Part shown: positions 47,949 to 60,219 of the stretch, in pieces
Layout: every line of letters starts with the position of its first letter
How positions within the stretch are numbered: position 1 is the first letter of the stretch
Origin: Cyanophora paradoxa CCMP329
Lineage: Eukaryota > Plantae > Glaucophyta
DNA: 64,000 nt
Reading direction: 5' to 3'
NCBI GenBank assembly: GCA_004431415.1
Contig: QPMI01000534.1
Location: 124,001 to 188,000, forward strand
Notes under the pieces: model-generated
Database searches by the model: none
Seen by the model: the letters and a program-made list of their open reading frames with translations, nothing else
Told to the model about the DNA's origin: nothing
Translations under genes and position numbers: made by a program

Positions 47949-48698
47949 GCTGAGCTGCGGAGGGCCGCAAGCCGCCCCTCACTGCCGCGGGGCTGCCTGT
48001 AGGCTGCGAGGTATCGTACGAGGCTCCTCAGATGCGGGAAAAGCCCGAAAAAGCGATTCGAGTTCGAGCAGCCCGGCCCTGCAGCCGCTTCGATGGGGTA
48101 CAGCGCGAATTTGAAGTCGGCCTCTTCAAGGCTTGGCAGTTAGCAGCCGGCCCGCCCGATCGTTGCGTCATCGCTCTCCGGAGGGCTCTGCCAGCGTTCT
48201 GGCACGGTGCGGTGCGCGCCAATTGGCGCCGGCGCCCGGCGCTGATCATAACCCCCGCGCGCCCGACTGACCGCGCGCTTCCGATCGGCAGGATGCTTTA
48301 ATCTCAGGAATGACACACTAAGCGGCCGGCTGGAGCTGGGCCGAGAGTGAGCAACCGCGAGGTACCGGCCGCGGTCGACGTCGGGCGCGCGCCGGCCGCG
48401 GCACGCGTACGACTATAGCTACTGACCCGATCGCTCATCGCAACTGCGATCGTGAGGTGCACGCGCCGGCTTTCCCGAGTACCGCCAGTCCCGAAGCTTA
48501 AGTCGACTCCTGACTCGGCGATATCGATTGCGGGTCTAGATCTTGCCGGCGAGTCGGCGGCGACACGAATTCGAAGCTGCAGCTACCCGGTGGTCAGCTA
48601 GCGCACTGCAGGCTGCAGCTGCTGCGAGCGGTAGCTCGTAGCTTCAGCTATATATAGTCCCTTGGCCTCAGCAGCCCCGGCCGCAGCCTGCGCCGAGA

Positions 48699-51600
48699 AT
48701 GGAGAACGGGGCGCACCCGATCGCGAGCGAGCTCCAGCGCGACAATCGCGCAAGCGCCAGCTCGGCATCGGTACCGGTGTCGACGTCTTCCGTGGCCCCA
48801 GCAGCTGCAGTCGGGGCCCGGGGCCAGGCGCCGGCCGCGGGGGTCGATCGCGAGAACCGATCGCAGCGGCCGCCGAACCCGCCTGGCCAAGGTGACGTGA
48901 CTTCACCCACGGAGCTGACGTCCATCGTCTCGGGATTATCGGCAGCGTTGGAGAGTGCACAAGCAAACGTGAAGGCCCTGAGGCTCGACGTGTGGCCCTG
49001 CACCGATGATCACGATGTCAAGAAGACGGAATTTGTGCACGCAACAAAGCCGAGAATCTCGTGTCAATGCGTCGACTGCACTTGGTACGGTCTTCATATA
49101 CGCTCGAGATCTAGATCTAGCTACATCGATACCTGTTAGATTAATTTAGACCTGTTAGATCCAAATCATTTATTATCATTCGGAGCGCAGGTCCTGCAAG
49201 CACCGGTGCAGCTGCATTCGGTGCAAGGAAGCGCGCTTGCCGGCAATACTCGGGGGCCAAATAGATCCGAAGACCTGCTTCTGCGCCGACTACCTCGCCC
49301 ATCTGGAAGAGCTGGTGCGGCCCGCAGCCGAAAGAACAAGCTTCGAAGAATGCAGGGACAAATGGCGGGCATGTCATTGCTTTCGAATTCGAATTCGTGA
49401 TCTATTAAAATTCGATATATCGCTCTGGACTAACGTCGATATTACGATTACCCTGCAGGATGCGCTTGACGACCTCGACCGTATTAATATTGCCGCGGAG
49501 GGCGAGCTCGAGCAGGGCCTCGCGTCGGTCGCGTACGCGCTTCACTTAGCAAGCCTCTTGTTCGATTCGAACTTGAAAGATGAAGCACGTGTTCTATATC
49601 AGGTGCCTCTCCAGATGAAGATACACATATATACACACCCCTCCTCGGAACCCTTCTGATTTCCAGCGTGAATTTCCAAGCGCTTTCTCGGAGCCCTGGA
49701 TCTTCACATCTTGGGCGGAAAGCGGCGCGAAGAGCTGGAGCTCCAGCTGCGGCTGCAGGGCGACACACATGCGAGCGTCCTCCAGCACGCGCGGAAATTC
49801 GCTGTCTTATGCCGCGGCTACAACGCATTCGGCTGTATCAGTGCTGTCCAGACTGTGCGTGCTCTAGTTATTTATATAATTATCTTGAACTGCGGGTGCT
49901 CACCGTACGCGTACAGCTATCCCTGAATGTTCTCAAGCTGTGTGTCGTGTGCTGCAACTTCAAGGACCGTGATGACGAGAGCGTCGCCACAGTTCTCTGG
50001 GACATGGTGCACTCGTGCATTCAACTGGACAAGCACGTCGAGGCCTGGAAGTACCTCCGGGTAGGCACGCCCCTCTTGCAATTGGGTCGCCCCTCTCCCC
50101 AATTAATATTGCAATACATGTGCAGATGGCAGTGCAACGCGACCGCGACTCTGGAGACGAGCGGCGGCTGGCTTCGCGCTGCTGCTCGCCCGCGCACCTG
50201 GGCCCAAACATGCGGTGCCTTGCAAACATGTTCGGCGACAAAGGTATCCACGCCGAAGAGGAGAAAATTCTGCAGGTGTGCATGCCACCGTGATGATTGA
50301 ATCTCTGCAGAAAACAGCTCTCTAACTGCGGATATTCCGAATTCGAACGTGCGCGCAGTTAAACCTGGAGATCGCGGAGCGATCGTGCCAAGACTGCCAG
50401 AAGCGCAATGCTGTCGGCAACGCGCTGTTCTGGCTTGGAGAGCTGGTATTCAAAGCGGGTATGGGCTCGGAAAGAGCTGAATCGTACCTTAAGGTGGGTC
50501 TCTAGATCTGGAGTGATCCGGAACATCAATAAGAAAATGTGAATTCTATGATCCGCGCAGCGCGCGGTCTGCGAAACAGAGAAGATGGCTGGCGTTAACT
50601 CCGAGGCCACTGCTGATCTCGCTGGTCCCCTTCTTTCTCTCGCCAGACTGTGCAACGCAACAAATCGCTTCGACGATGCCGCATCATGTCTTCGCGTACG
50701 ATCTTTCTGCAGCAGCTGTGATCTTGCCTGCGCATGCTGTGATCTGATTCTGCTGTGTTCTTGCCTGCGCAATCTGCGCAGCGCGCATTTGAAGCGATCG
50801 AAAGTATTTATGGCCTGACCAACGAAGCTACTGAATCCAAGTTCGAAATTATACAGATGCAGATGTCCTTACGGCAGAACCCGTCGCTCGCGGCGTTCTT
50901 TTCAAAGGCGAGCCATTTATGCATGTGCTTCCGATTTCAAAGCGGGGCAGGTGTTGCAGATCATTTGGGGGCTGATCACGAGAATTCTGATTTTGAATTC
51001 GTTTTGCAGAAGCTTTTTGCCTTCACTGCAGAGACTGGGAGACTTCCGAACGGCGTGTCTTCAGGCAAATGGCCAGCGTCAATTCTAACAAGCTCCTTCA
51101 AGAATGTGAGAGCGCCTTCATAAATGCATTTCCAGAAGGATATACATATCAATGTTCGTGCCGATATATATTTCGATCAGTCCGCAGATCTTGAACTAGA
51201 GAAAGCAGCCGAGCAAGAGAAGGTTCGCAAGTGCCGGCTCCAAAGCAAGTTGGAGGAGCGGCGCCGTGTGCTGGAGGCGAGGAAGCAGTTCAAAGCAAAA
51301 GAGGCTTCGATGAGGCTATACGCTGAAAAGATTGAGCGGGCAGCAACAACGCGACTGATGTCCGAGGAAGCGGACTGCGAGTACACGCGGATGGTGGCCG
51401 ACACAGCCGATCGAATCAAGCACAATGCCGCGGACTTCGTGCGTAACGGATAGCTGTAGCTGCAAATAACGATCAGTGCAGCCCTGAGTTGTTCACTTGA
51501 GCTTTTTAACAGGCGGAGGCGCGGGAACAAATGCGATTGAAAAATTGGACCAGTGTCCGTCTGCATATTGCCGCTGTGCTAAAGGTCTGGTAATTATATT

Positions 51601-53107
51601 ATCTCTATTATCTCATTGCAATTGGATCATCGGATCTCATGATCATGACTTAAAAAACCAAATTTGAAACTGACAAATGAAACGCCATCGCGATCGTCTG
51701 CAGCGAACGCCAAGGCCTGAAATTTTCAACTTTGAGCTCGATAAGTATCTGTCCCGCTTCGGTGAGTGGACTGTTCTTCCGTTTCATACAAACCTCCAGC
51801 TTACGCTTGGTGCAGCTCGTCATCTGGAGCCCCAATTCAAATGTGAAGCGGCCGTGATTGAGAAAAATGTGTCCCTTGAGGAATGCACGCTTTTAGAATG
51901 TGCACAACTCCTTCTTTCGAGGAAAGTGTCTGAGCTCTGCTTGTTTCGAGAAGACAGAAAGAAGATGGCCGGGGAGGTGCATCGGATGGGCGAGGAGCTG
52001 CTGCAGAGCGTACACGTGCAGGAGCTCGAAGAGGCGAGACAGGCAGCGGAGGCCATAGAACAACGGCGGCGGGAGTGTCCGCAGCAGGAGCGAACGAAAG
52101 AGCGAACGAAAGAGCGACCGACCCAGAGCTCGAGGCTGGCGGAGGCATGCACAAGCCCCGGTGTTGCAAATGACGTCATGATCTGCGGACATCGGTGCGT
52201 GCACGGCAACACTCGAGCTCAAAACCCCTCAAGCCCTTTCGCAGACCTTCCGAGGGTTCAGAAAGTGCGCCCGGCGCCGGTGCCCCGCCCGCCGACCCCG
52301 CCCCCGGACTCCAACCCGTCGAGTGCGGCATCTGCTTCGAGCCCTTGCACGGTGTAGCTGGCGCAGGCGCCAGCTCGAGCTCCCGTCCCCCGACCGTCTC
52401 CCTCCCCTGCAAACGTGCGGAGCGGCCCTCGCCCCCTTCGACTCCTCGGCGCCGCGTTGAGGCCCGCTGACGCCCGGGCACGCATGCGCAGACCTGGACC
52501 GCTTCCACGCGCGCTGCATCGCGACGTGGCGGGCGACGCCCCTGGGCTCCGGCTGCCCCGAGTGCCGCGCCCCGTTCCTCCCCGCGCGCCCCGCGGCCAT
52601 GGCCCCGGTCGCGGCTCCAGCGCCGGCGCCGGCACCGGCGGCGCCGGTCCCCGCACCCGCGCCCGCAGCTCTGCCCGCCGCACCCCCGCCCTTCGTGCCG
52701 GCGCCTCCCCTCCGGCCCATCCCTCCCGCCGCCGCTTCGGGCTCGCGGCCTCCGGGGTACGCGGCGCCCGCCCCTGCGGCGCCGGCTTCGCTCTTGTACC
52801 CCTTTGCCGCCGGGTGGCCTGCCCCTGTACCTTCTCCCCTGCGCCCCCTCACTTCCTGGGGTACGCCCCCGCCCCTACCCTCCCCGTCGAGCCACCCCCC
52901 GTCTATCCCCCGCCCGCCCCTCCGCCCGCACTCGCGGCCCCCGTCGCCCCCTCCCGCCCCACGCGCCCCTACCGGCCCCCTGGCGGCCCGACGATCGCTG
53001 GGCCCGTGGTGCCGGCGCCGCCTGTCCAAGTCCGTCCCACGCGTCCTTACGACCCTTTCAACCACGGCGCCGGCCGCAGTGCTGGCCCCGGGCCCGCCCG
53101 CGCCTAG
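48699..53107 (+). CDS. Cys-rich/TPR-like/coiled-coil/RING-H2/Pro-rich protein, copy B
   Basis: MENGAHP..CQCVDC..CSCIRC..CFCAD; VATVLWDMVHSCIQLDKHVEAWKYLR; CGICFEPL..LPCK|HLDRFHARCIATW..CPECR. A TATA-like tatatatag lies at ~48649. Confidence 0.7.
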
Positions 53108-53430
53108 CCTTCGTCTAGCTCTAGCCTAACTGTCCAGCCGGCCCCTGCGGGGCCATGCCAGCAGCGTGCGCGGCCCTCGGCCCGGCCTCCGACCGCGACG
53201 TCCTCGACCGCGCCACGGAGTGGGCCAGCTGCAGGGTGCGAGCAAATCGCGTCCGGTCTTGTACATGTGTGAATACACATGCGGCCTGAAATCAGGAAGA
53301 GTCTACGTCTGCCCATCGCTGCTCCCTCGAGCTCGCTGCCCAGCGCCGCTGCGCCATATATAGGCCAGGCGCCGGCAGCTGCAGAGCGAGACGAGCTGAT
53401 GTAGGTACCGAGCTCGCGTCCTTGATCTTC

Positions 53431-53468
<38 letters not shown>

Positions 53469-53719
53469 TTGCTCCTCCCCGTCGATCCCCATATGCATCC
53501 CTCCCCCTACCCTCCCTCCCCCCACCCCCCCCCACGCCCCCCACCCCCCAACCCTCCGGCACCCACCTGCCTCTCTCCTCGCCGCGGGGTACGGAGGGGG
53601 AGGGGGCGGTGGTATGATGAGGCGGGGTCGAGGAGGGGTACAGCTGCAGGGGCGGCCCTCTGGCTCCAGGATCCTGAGACCTCGCTTTCACTAGTATTCA
53701 CCAGAGGCTCGGCTGATGG

Positions 53720-55328
53720 CTAGAACTCGAGGGATAGCCCGAGGCGCTTGTTGTAGTCCGCCACGAACTCGTCAAAGGTACCACGCCGGAGCCACACCCG
53801 CACCCTCCTCTCCGAATCGTCGTACCCGTACACGTCGAGCAGCTGCGCGGCGGTCGGCCCTGGCGCAGAGAGGAGGGAAAGAGGTCAAGGGGGGTACACT
53901 GTTGAAGTAGTCCCACAGGCACCAGGCGTGGTCGACCGTGAAGGGCTTGCCGTCCGTCCTAAAGACAGCGTCAGAACAGAGATGGTCGAAGCTAGAGAAG
54001 AGGGCCCGCCTGAATACGAAGGCATCCCCGACGTTGCTCTCCCACTTGGGCGGCGCGAAGCCCGAGACGGGTTCGATCATGAAGAACGTCGCCATCTACC
54101 CCGGTCCAACATCAGACTTCGAATTCCGTCAAATTTCAGGGGATTTGAGCTCCGGCGGACCTGGTTGTCGAGCCTCCCGGTGCGGGGCAGGTGCGAGTGG
54201 TCCGCTTCTCGCGCGACGCGGACGGGCACGCCGAGGAGGTGCAGCACGGGGGACGGCTCGCCCCGCTGGAAGATCGGCCCGCCGCGCCCGAGCCTGACGT
54301 TCTTCGGCTCGCCGCAGCGGCCTCCCGCCGCGATCCGCACGGCCTGCAGCGGCGCCTCCTGCGCGGGCTTTAGCGGGCGATGCGGGTACACGAGCGGGTC
54401 GCGATCGCGCCTCTGCTGGCTTGGGTTCGGCGGGGTCGGCTCGAGCTCGGGCCTGGAACTCCTCTCGGGTTCGCTTCGTGCCTTGGACGCCAGCGCCGGC
54501 GCCCCCAGCCGGTCCGGATCCCTACGCGTCGAGCGTCAGCAGCACGCAGCGCGCCGCGGAAACGGCCGCGAGAGCACCCGCGCCGGCTTGAGCTCGGCCC
54601 GGATCGGAGGCCCCGACGCCGGCCTTCCGCCGTCTCCCGTGGGGCTCTGCGGCCCGAGGTCGAGCGCGCGTGAGCTAACGGACGAGATACGAATTCGAGA
54701 GGGGAGCTTACGGCGGGGAGCACCTGGACCGGCGCCTGCGCTGGCTCGTTCAGATGCACGACTTTGAACAAAGAGAGCAGCTCCCTCGCGCGCTGCTCGA
54801 TCTCTGCCTTCGTCAGCTCGCACTTCGGCGCTGGCTCGGCGCTCTGCGCATGCGTCGACGACGATCATGAGCTGACAGCTCGGCAGCTGCAGAAGACAGC
54901 GGCCGCCTGGCGGATGCCCACCTGCGTCGGCGGCTGTGGTCGAACGATATCGCTTGAGCTCGAGCTCGTGCTCGCTGCGGCTGCAGCTGGCGGCTGCGAA
55001 TCGCTCGCTGCACGCGCAGCTGGCGCCTGTGGATCGCTCGCTGGCGACGGAGTCGCTGTCGGAGCCGGAACGCTCGAGCGCTTGCAGTTCTGCGCACGGG
55101 GCGGCTGCGCGTTAGCACGAAAGACCTAGATGCGGTTGCGTTGGCGGTTGCGGCCGCGGGCGTCGTGCGCACGGGTTTATGTGCGCGCCAGTCAGCTCGC
55201 TGGCACTCTCGCGAGCAGTAGTTGCGCTCCTCGCAGGCGCCGCAGCGCTGCGAGGCCGGGGCGCTGCAGCGGGCGCAGAAGTTCTGCTCGTCGGCCGCGG
55301 CCGCGGCTTCGGGTGAGGCGATGGCCAT
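53720..55328 (-). CDS. MYND zinc-finger protein with conserved C-terminal domain of unknown function
   Basis: CARCSAPASQRCGACEERNYCSRECQRADWRAHKP|NC (MYND); DNQ|MATFFMIEPVSGFAPPKWESNVGDAFVFR|TDGKPF; stop TAG at 53722-53720. Confidence 0.82.
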
Positions 55329-55668
55329 GGCACGCTCTCGCGGTGCCCCTTCGCTGCGCGCTTCTCGCCGCAGGCGACGGGCTGCCGCGGTAGCTTCGCG
55401 GTTGCGCCGCGGCGTTCGCGGTTGCCGCCGAGCGATCGACAAGGCTGCCGCTCGAGCCTAATCGAAAGATAAGAGGATTGCGTTGCGCTCACGACGGTCG
55501 CTGAGCAGCTGCGCTTGCTCGCGGGAGTGTTTGGACTCTGTACCCCACCTGAGGGAGCTGCGAGCCGCAATTTCCCAAGCTCAGCGCCGCCGGGATAGTC
55601 TGCTCCGGCCTCAGTCAAAGCATCCAAATCAACAATCGGTCTCACCTCGGTTGGATCGCAACGCAGCG

Positions 55669-57644
55669 ATGGAGCGCCTCCTGTTCGCCGCGCCTCTGCC
55701 GACGACGCCGAGGCAATCAGCGCACGTCGTATCGCCGATCGATGTACGCGCCGCTTCCCGTCCCGCCCTGTTGCCACCGGTCACCGTCACTGCAGGTCCT
55801 GGCCGCGCCGCGGGCCCGCACGGGCACCGTGGCGGCTCGGTCGCATCATTCAGCGCCCAGGTTCACCGCAGAAAACGCGTTGAGAGCGCCGCGCGGGGTC
55901 GGGTGCAGGAGCTTCGTTGTTGATGGCCGCTCGGGCTCCGGCCTCGCCGCCGGTCGCCGCTTCCTCGGCCGTCGCGTGTCGGCAACTTCTGCACAGCAAT
56001 GCGCCGCCACGCCGGCCCGCGCGGAGCTGCTGAGTGGAGAGGAGGCCGCCGCGGACAGAGCCGACGGCTCGAACCCGTCGGCGCCAGAGCCGCAGCCGCA
56101 GCCCGAGGAAGAGCACGGAAGCGGGAGCTTCAAGTGGGCGTCGGCGAGCTCGCTCATCCTCGCCGCGGGCGTCGGCGCCTGGTTTGTCCTCACGCAGGTC
56201 CGTCTCGGAGGCGCCCCACGCGCCGCGCCCGCGCCGCGCCTCAAGCGCAGCCGGCGCGGCGCGCCGCGCAGGGCACCGAGGCGGTCATCAAGCCCTTCGT
56301 GTCGACGCTCTCCTCGCGCCTCGCCGAGTTCCTCCCCAAGCTGGGCTTCGCATTCATCAGGTGCAGATTTGATCCGCATTTCCCGCCTCGCCCGCCTCCC
56401 TCTGAGCGCCGGGGTACAGCATCGCCGCGCTCAACGTCGCCCGCCGCGTCTCCAGCAAGGTCCGCGCGCCGTACCCCTCGCCCGCGCCGCCTCCGAGCCC
56501 TGGCGTACCCTCCCCTCAGGTCCTGCGAGCCTCCGGGTCCACCAAGTTCGCTGCCGAGCACGCCGGCGTCACGCGCCTCCTCCCCATGATCGAGAGGCAT
56601 GCGGTACCCCTCCCCTGCGACCCCGCCCCTCCCTTCTGAGCGCGCCGTACCCCGCAGCCTGGCAGACATCGGCCTCATCAGCATCGGGAGCCTGAGCGTC
56701 CTCGGCACTCTCGGCATCGATGTGCGCACGTACCCCCCCCCCGCTTAAGAGAGAAGATCTAGGAGTTATCTAGATAGATCGTGGTGTACCAGGCCATGCC
56801 GTCCGTCCGGGAAATCAAACGGCCAAATGGTCTAGTGGTATGATTCTTGCTTAGGGTGCAAGAGGTCCCGGGTTCAATCCCCGGTTTGGCCCGTTTCAAA
56901 TCTCTGCCTCCGTGCGCAGTACGCCTTTTACAACACGTTTCTTATGCACTTAAATGCGGTTTTAAACCGCGCATAAGACGCCACATTAGCCGCATCCACT
57001 GTATGGGCGCGTTTCCGTCTCCGCTGCCTGCGAACAGGTTGAACGGCAGGTGAGCGCGATCGTGGCCGGCCTGGGGCTCACTGGCTTTGCCCTCGGCTTC
57101 GCGCTCAAGGTACCCCCCTTTAATCCACGTACCCCCGCCCGCTCCGGCCCGAAACTCCGGGATCCGCTCCCAGGACATGATCTCGAACTTCCTGGCCGGC
57201 ATCCTTGTGGTGCGGGGTACCCCCCGCCCGCGCGATCCGCTTTAACGATGTACCCCCATCCTTCAGATCATCTTCCAGCCGTTCAAGAACGGCGACCTGG
57301 TCAGCGTGCAGACCTTCAAGGTCCGGCCTCCTCTCCCGTTTAGAGCGTGCCCGCCCGGACCCGAACCCCCGCGCAGGGCCGCGTCGTCAACGTCGACCTG
57401 CGGTGCGCCCGCTCGCCTTACAAGCGCCCGCGCCGCCCCATCTGAGCCGCCCGGGCCAGGTACACGACGCTGCAGTGCATCCCGACGGACGGCTCGCCCC
57501 GCACGACGGTCCTCATCCCCAACCAGGCGCGCCCCTCCATGCTTAAAGCTTCTCCTGCCCTTTTCCCGGGGCCTCTGAGCGGAGCGCCTGGCGCGCGCGC
57601 GCCGGCAGATCATCCTCTCGAACACGGTCACCGTCTTCCACTGA
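55669..57644 (+). CDS. MscS-family small-conductance mechanosensitive channel with organellar (likely plastid) leader
   Basis: LGTLGID|VSAIVAGLGLTGFALGFALK|DMISNFLAGILV|IIFQPFKNGDLVSV..|GRVVNVDLR|YTTL..TVLIPNQ|IILSNTVTVFH*. Long Ser/Ala/Arg-rich N-terminus. Confidence 0.9.
56821..56892 (+). tRNA. tRNA-Pro(AGG), nested in MscS intron 56722-57049
   Basis: Acceptor stem GGCCAAA/TTTGGCC, D-arm tggtctagtggtatga, anticodon arm cttgc-ttAGGgt-gcaag, T-loop ggttcaatcc; 72 nt. Confidence 0.96.
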
Positions 57645-57953
57645 GCCTCCGAGGCTCGGGTCGCTGGCGGCTGGGCCTCCCGGTCCCGCGGCCGGCCTCA
57701 ACTCTAGATCTCCGGAGCCACCGCCCAAGCGGCGCCGGCTGCGCCTGGGCTTCCGCTGGGCGGCGCCCGTCGCGGCCCCTAGGCCCTCTCGACCAAACTT
57801 CGAAACATTTTTTGGCTCTGATTACATGCATAGAACTGAGCTATAGGATCTGTCTGCTGTAAACTATGGAATGAAATCTCGCTAACTCCAGATTTGCGGA
57901 ACCGCACAAGCTTAAGAGCGTGCACTTGCCGACGTCGACGGCGCTCAGGAGAT

Positions 57954-60095
57954 CTAGAAGAGGCCGCCGGCGCCGAGCTCGAGGTCGACGCCGTACCCCC
58001 GCGCCTCGGCGTCCCGCGCCCACTCGTCCCACTCCCCCTCGCCATCGATATCCGCCTCCGCGTAGACGTCTGCATGGGGCGCCGGCGCCGGCGGCCTAGG
58101 CCTCTCGAGGGGTACGGGATCCCCGAAGAAGTAGACCTGTTGGCGGGTACGGCACGATCAGTCTAGAGCCAGGGCTACGGGTACGGAGTCTAGCTCGCCT
58201 GCATGAAGGTCGGGGAGATGGGCTGCGCGTAGAACGGCGTGAAGCTGCGGCGGCGAGGGCGGGGCGGGGCGGGGCAAGGCGGGAAGCCGTAAGCGAGAGA
58301 AGGGGAGTGACGACTTCAAAGCCTCTTCCGAGGAGGGAAAGCGGAGGAAAAGAGAGGGCACCGGTAGATGAGCTGGGGCTCGAGGGCGGGGTCGAACGCG
58401 TGCGGCGAGAGCCGCGCCTCGCTCCCCAGGAACTCCGCAAAGTACTGGAGGGGGCGTGAGAAAGCTTAAGATCGAGGGAATTTGAGGGGATAATTTAATC
58501 ATGTAGTTAGACGGCCCGCCTGCATGGCGCGGATGGCCTGCGGGGAGTGGTCCACGGCGACTGCGCCCCACTCGAACGCGTTCTGCCCGCGGAGGCGTCA
58601 GTTACTTAGTTGATCCCGGGCTCTTTAGTTAGCTAATTAGCGAGTTAGCTAGCTAGTTAGTTAGTTAGTTGATCCCGGCCGGGCGCCGCGGTGCGTTTAA
58701 AAGCCCGCACCTTCTCCGGGTGCCACTGGGTGGCGTAGAACGGGAGCTTTCGGGCCTCGATCGTGGAGACGAAGCGCCGCCCCGACGCGTCCACGCTGCT
58801 CGTCAGCACCTGCCAGGGCGGGGGGTACGCGGTGAGGTTGGGGGGGGGAAGGAGAGTTAGGGGTACGCGGGCGCACGCGGAAGGCGGAGAGGCCGGGGGT
58901 ATCGCGGAAGCGCTTGCGGGACACGCAGAAGCGGTGGTTGTTCGCCGCGACGTCCTCCTGAAGGGCGTCCAGCAGCTGCGGGGGAAGGGGGGTACGTGAT
59001 TGAGGGATGGGAGGGGGTAGAGCGCGGAGTCTGAAGGGGGAGGGCAGGGAGGGCGATGTACCCAGTCGGGGGCGTCCCTGAACATATACGTGTCCCTCGC
59101 CACCTGGGGGTACGGCGACGTGAGGGAGGCGGGGGTAGGAGGCAATCGGAGGGCGGGGTACTACCTCCTCGAAGTCCAGGGGTACTGTGATGTTCTCGGC
59201 GTCGCAGGGGGTGAAGACGCGCTTGGGTGCCGCGTGAATCTTGACGAGGAGCTGCGAGGGGGGTGAGGGGGTGGACTTGGTGAGGGGTACGCGGGCCACA
59301 ATCGCTTGGCGGACCTTGAAGCCGTCGCAGGTGCCCCATACCTGGACGCGGCGCGTGGGCGGGAGGGCGAGCGGGGCGGCGCGGGGGGAAGCAAGGGGGG
59401 GGGGTACCGGGAAGTAATCGCCCCGCCGGTTGGCGTGGACCGCCTCGTGAAGGAGGAGACGGGCCGCCGTGTGCCTGGCGGGGGGGGCGCTCGAGCTCAG
59501 CTGAGCGCTCGTCTGATCTCGATCTGCGCCGCGCGCACCAGTCGTGCGTGACGTCCCCGCGGCCGCCCGGGATCACGAGCCCTGCGAAGACACGACTCAG
59601 ATGTCGTACGGCAGAGCGCGAGGGCTCGCGCGCGCCGTTCAGCGACTTGAAGAGGACCTTGAGCTCCTCGGGGGGCGTGTCGTAGAGGACGGGGAGGACG
59701 CGCAGGCCGGCGCTCTCCACCCACTTCACGTAGCTCGCCGCGATGTAGCTCTGGGGCGCCCCCGCGTCGGCTCCGCGCAGGATCGGATCGTAGAAGAGAT
59801 CTCGCGCACCTTTCCACGCGCGTGGTACGCCGCGGAGCGGCCCGTCGGCTGCGAGAGGATCTGCGGAAGGGACGGGTCGGCGACGAGCGCGGGCGCGGCG
59901 GCCGGGAGGGCCGCGAGGCCTCCAGGCTGCCCTCTCAGCGCTTTGGAGGCGCGCGCGCACCCCGATCACGGGCCGAAAGTTGACGGCGTGCCTGTCTTCG
60001 GCCTGCGGCCGCGCGCGCCCCTCCGGGTCGGACGCCGACGCCAGCGCGGCCAGCGCCAGCAATACCAGCGCCAGCGATCGCGCCCGCGGCTGCAT
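57954..60095 (-). CDS. GGH: Gamma-glutamyl hydrolase (peptidase C26) with signal peptide
   Basis: NFRPVIG|ILSQP, SYIAASYVKWVESAGLRVLP, LNG|LVIPGG, VWGTCDGF (nucleophile Cys), FVSTIEARKLPFYATQWHPEK|NAFEW. Confidence 0.93.
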
Positions 60096-60219
60096 CGCGC
60101 TCGCCCGGGAGAAAACCGCCGCCCCTTGGCACCGCCGTCGGCGCAGCCGTTCTTGAGCTTGGAGCCGTGACGGCTCAAGGCTTGAACCTGAGACTCGGCT
60201 TGCTCGAAGCGATCCAAGC

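Larger units (their letters stand above)
46205..53107. repeat. Segmental duplication II, copy B
   Basis: Begins with a decayed copy of the GT90 last codons and 3' UTR; collinear with 38840-45997. Confidence 0.92.

Noticed and set aside
53428-53560. Long poly-C/poly-G tracts (also 85-220, 16176-16203, 46396-46480) as functional G-quadruplex or telomeric elements
   Set aside because: There is no regular telomere unit. Such tracts are common in introns and intergenic DNA here, and their lengths are unreliable.
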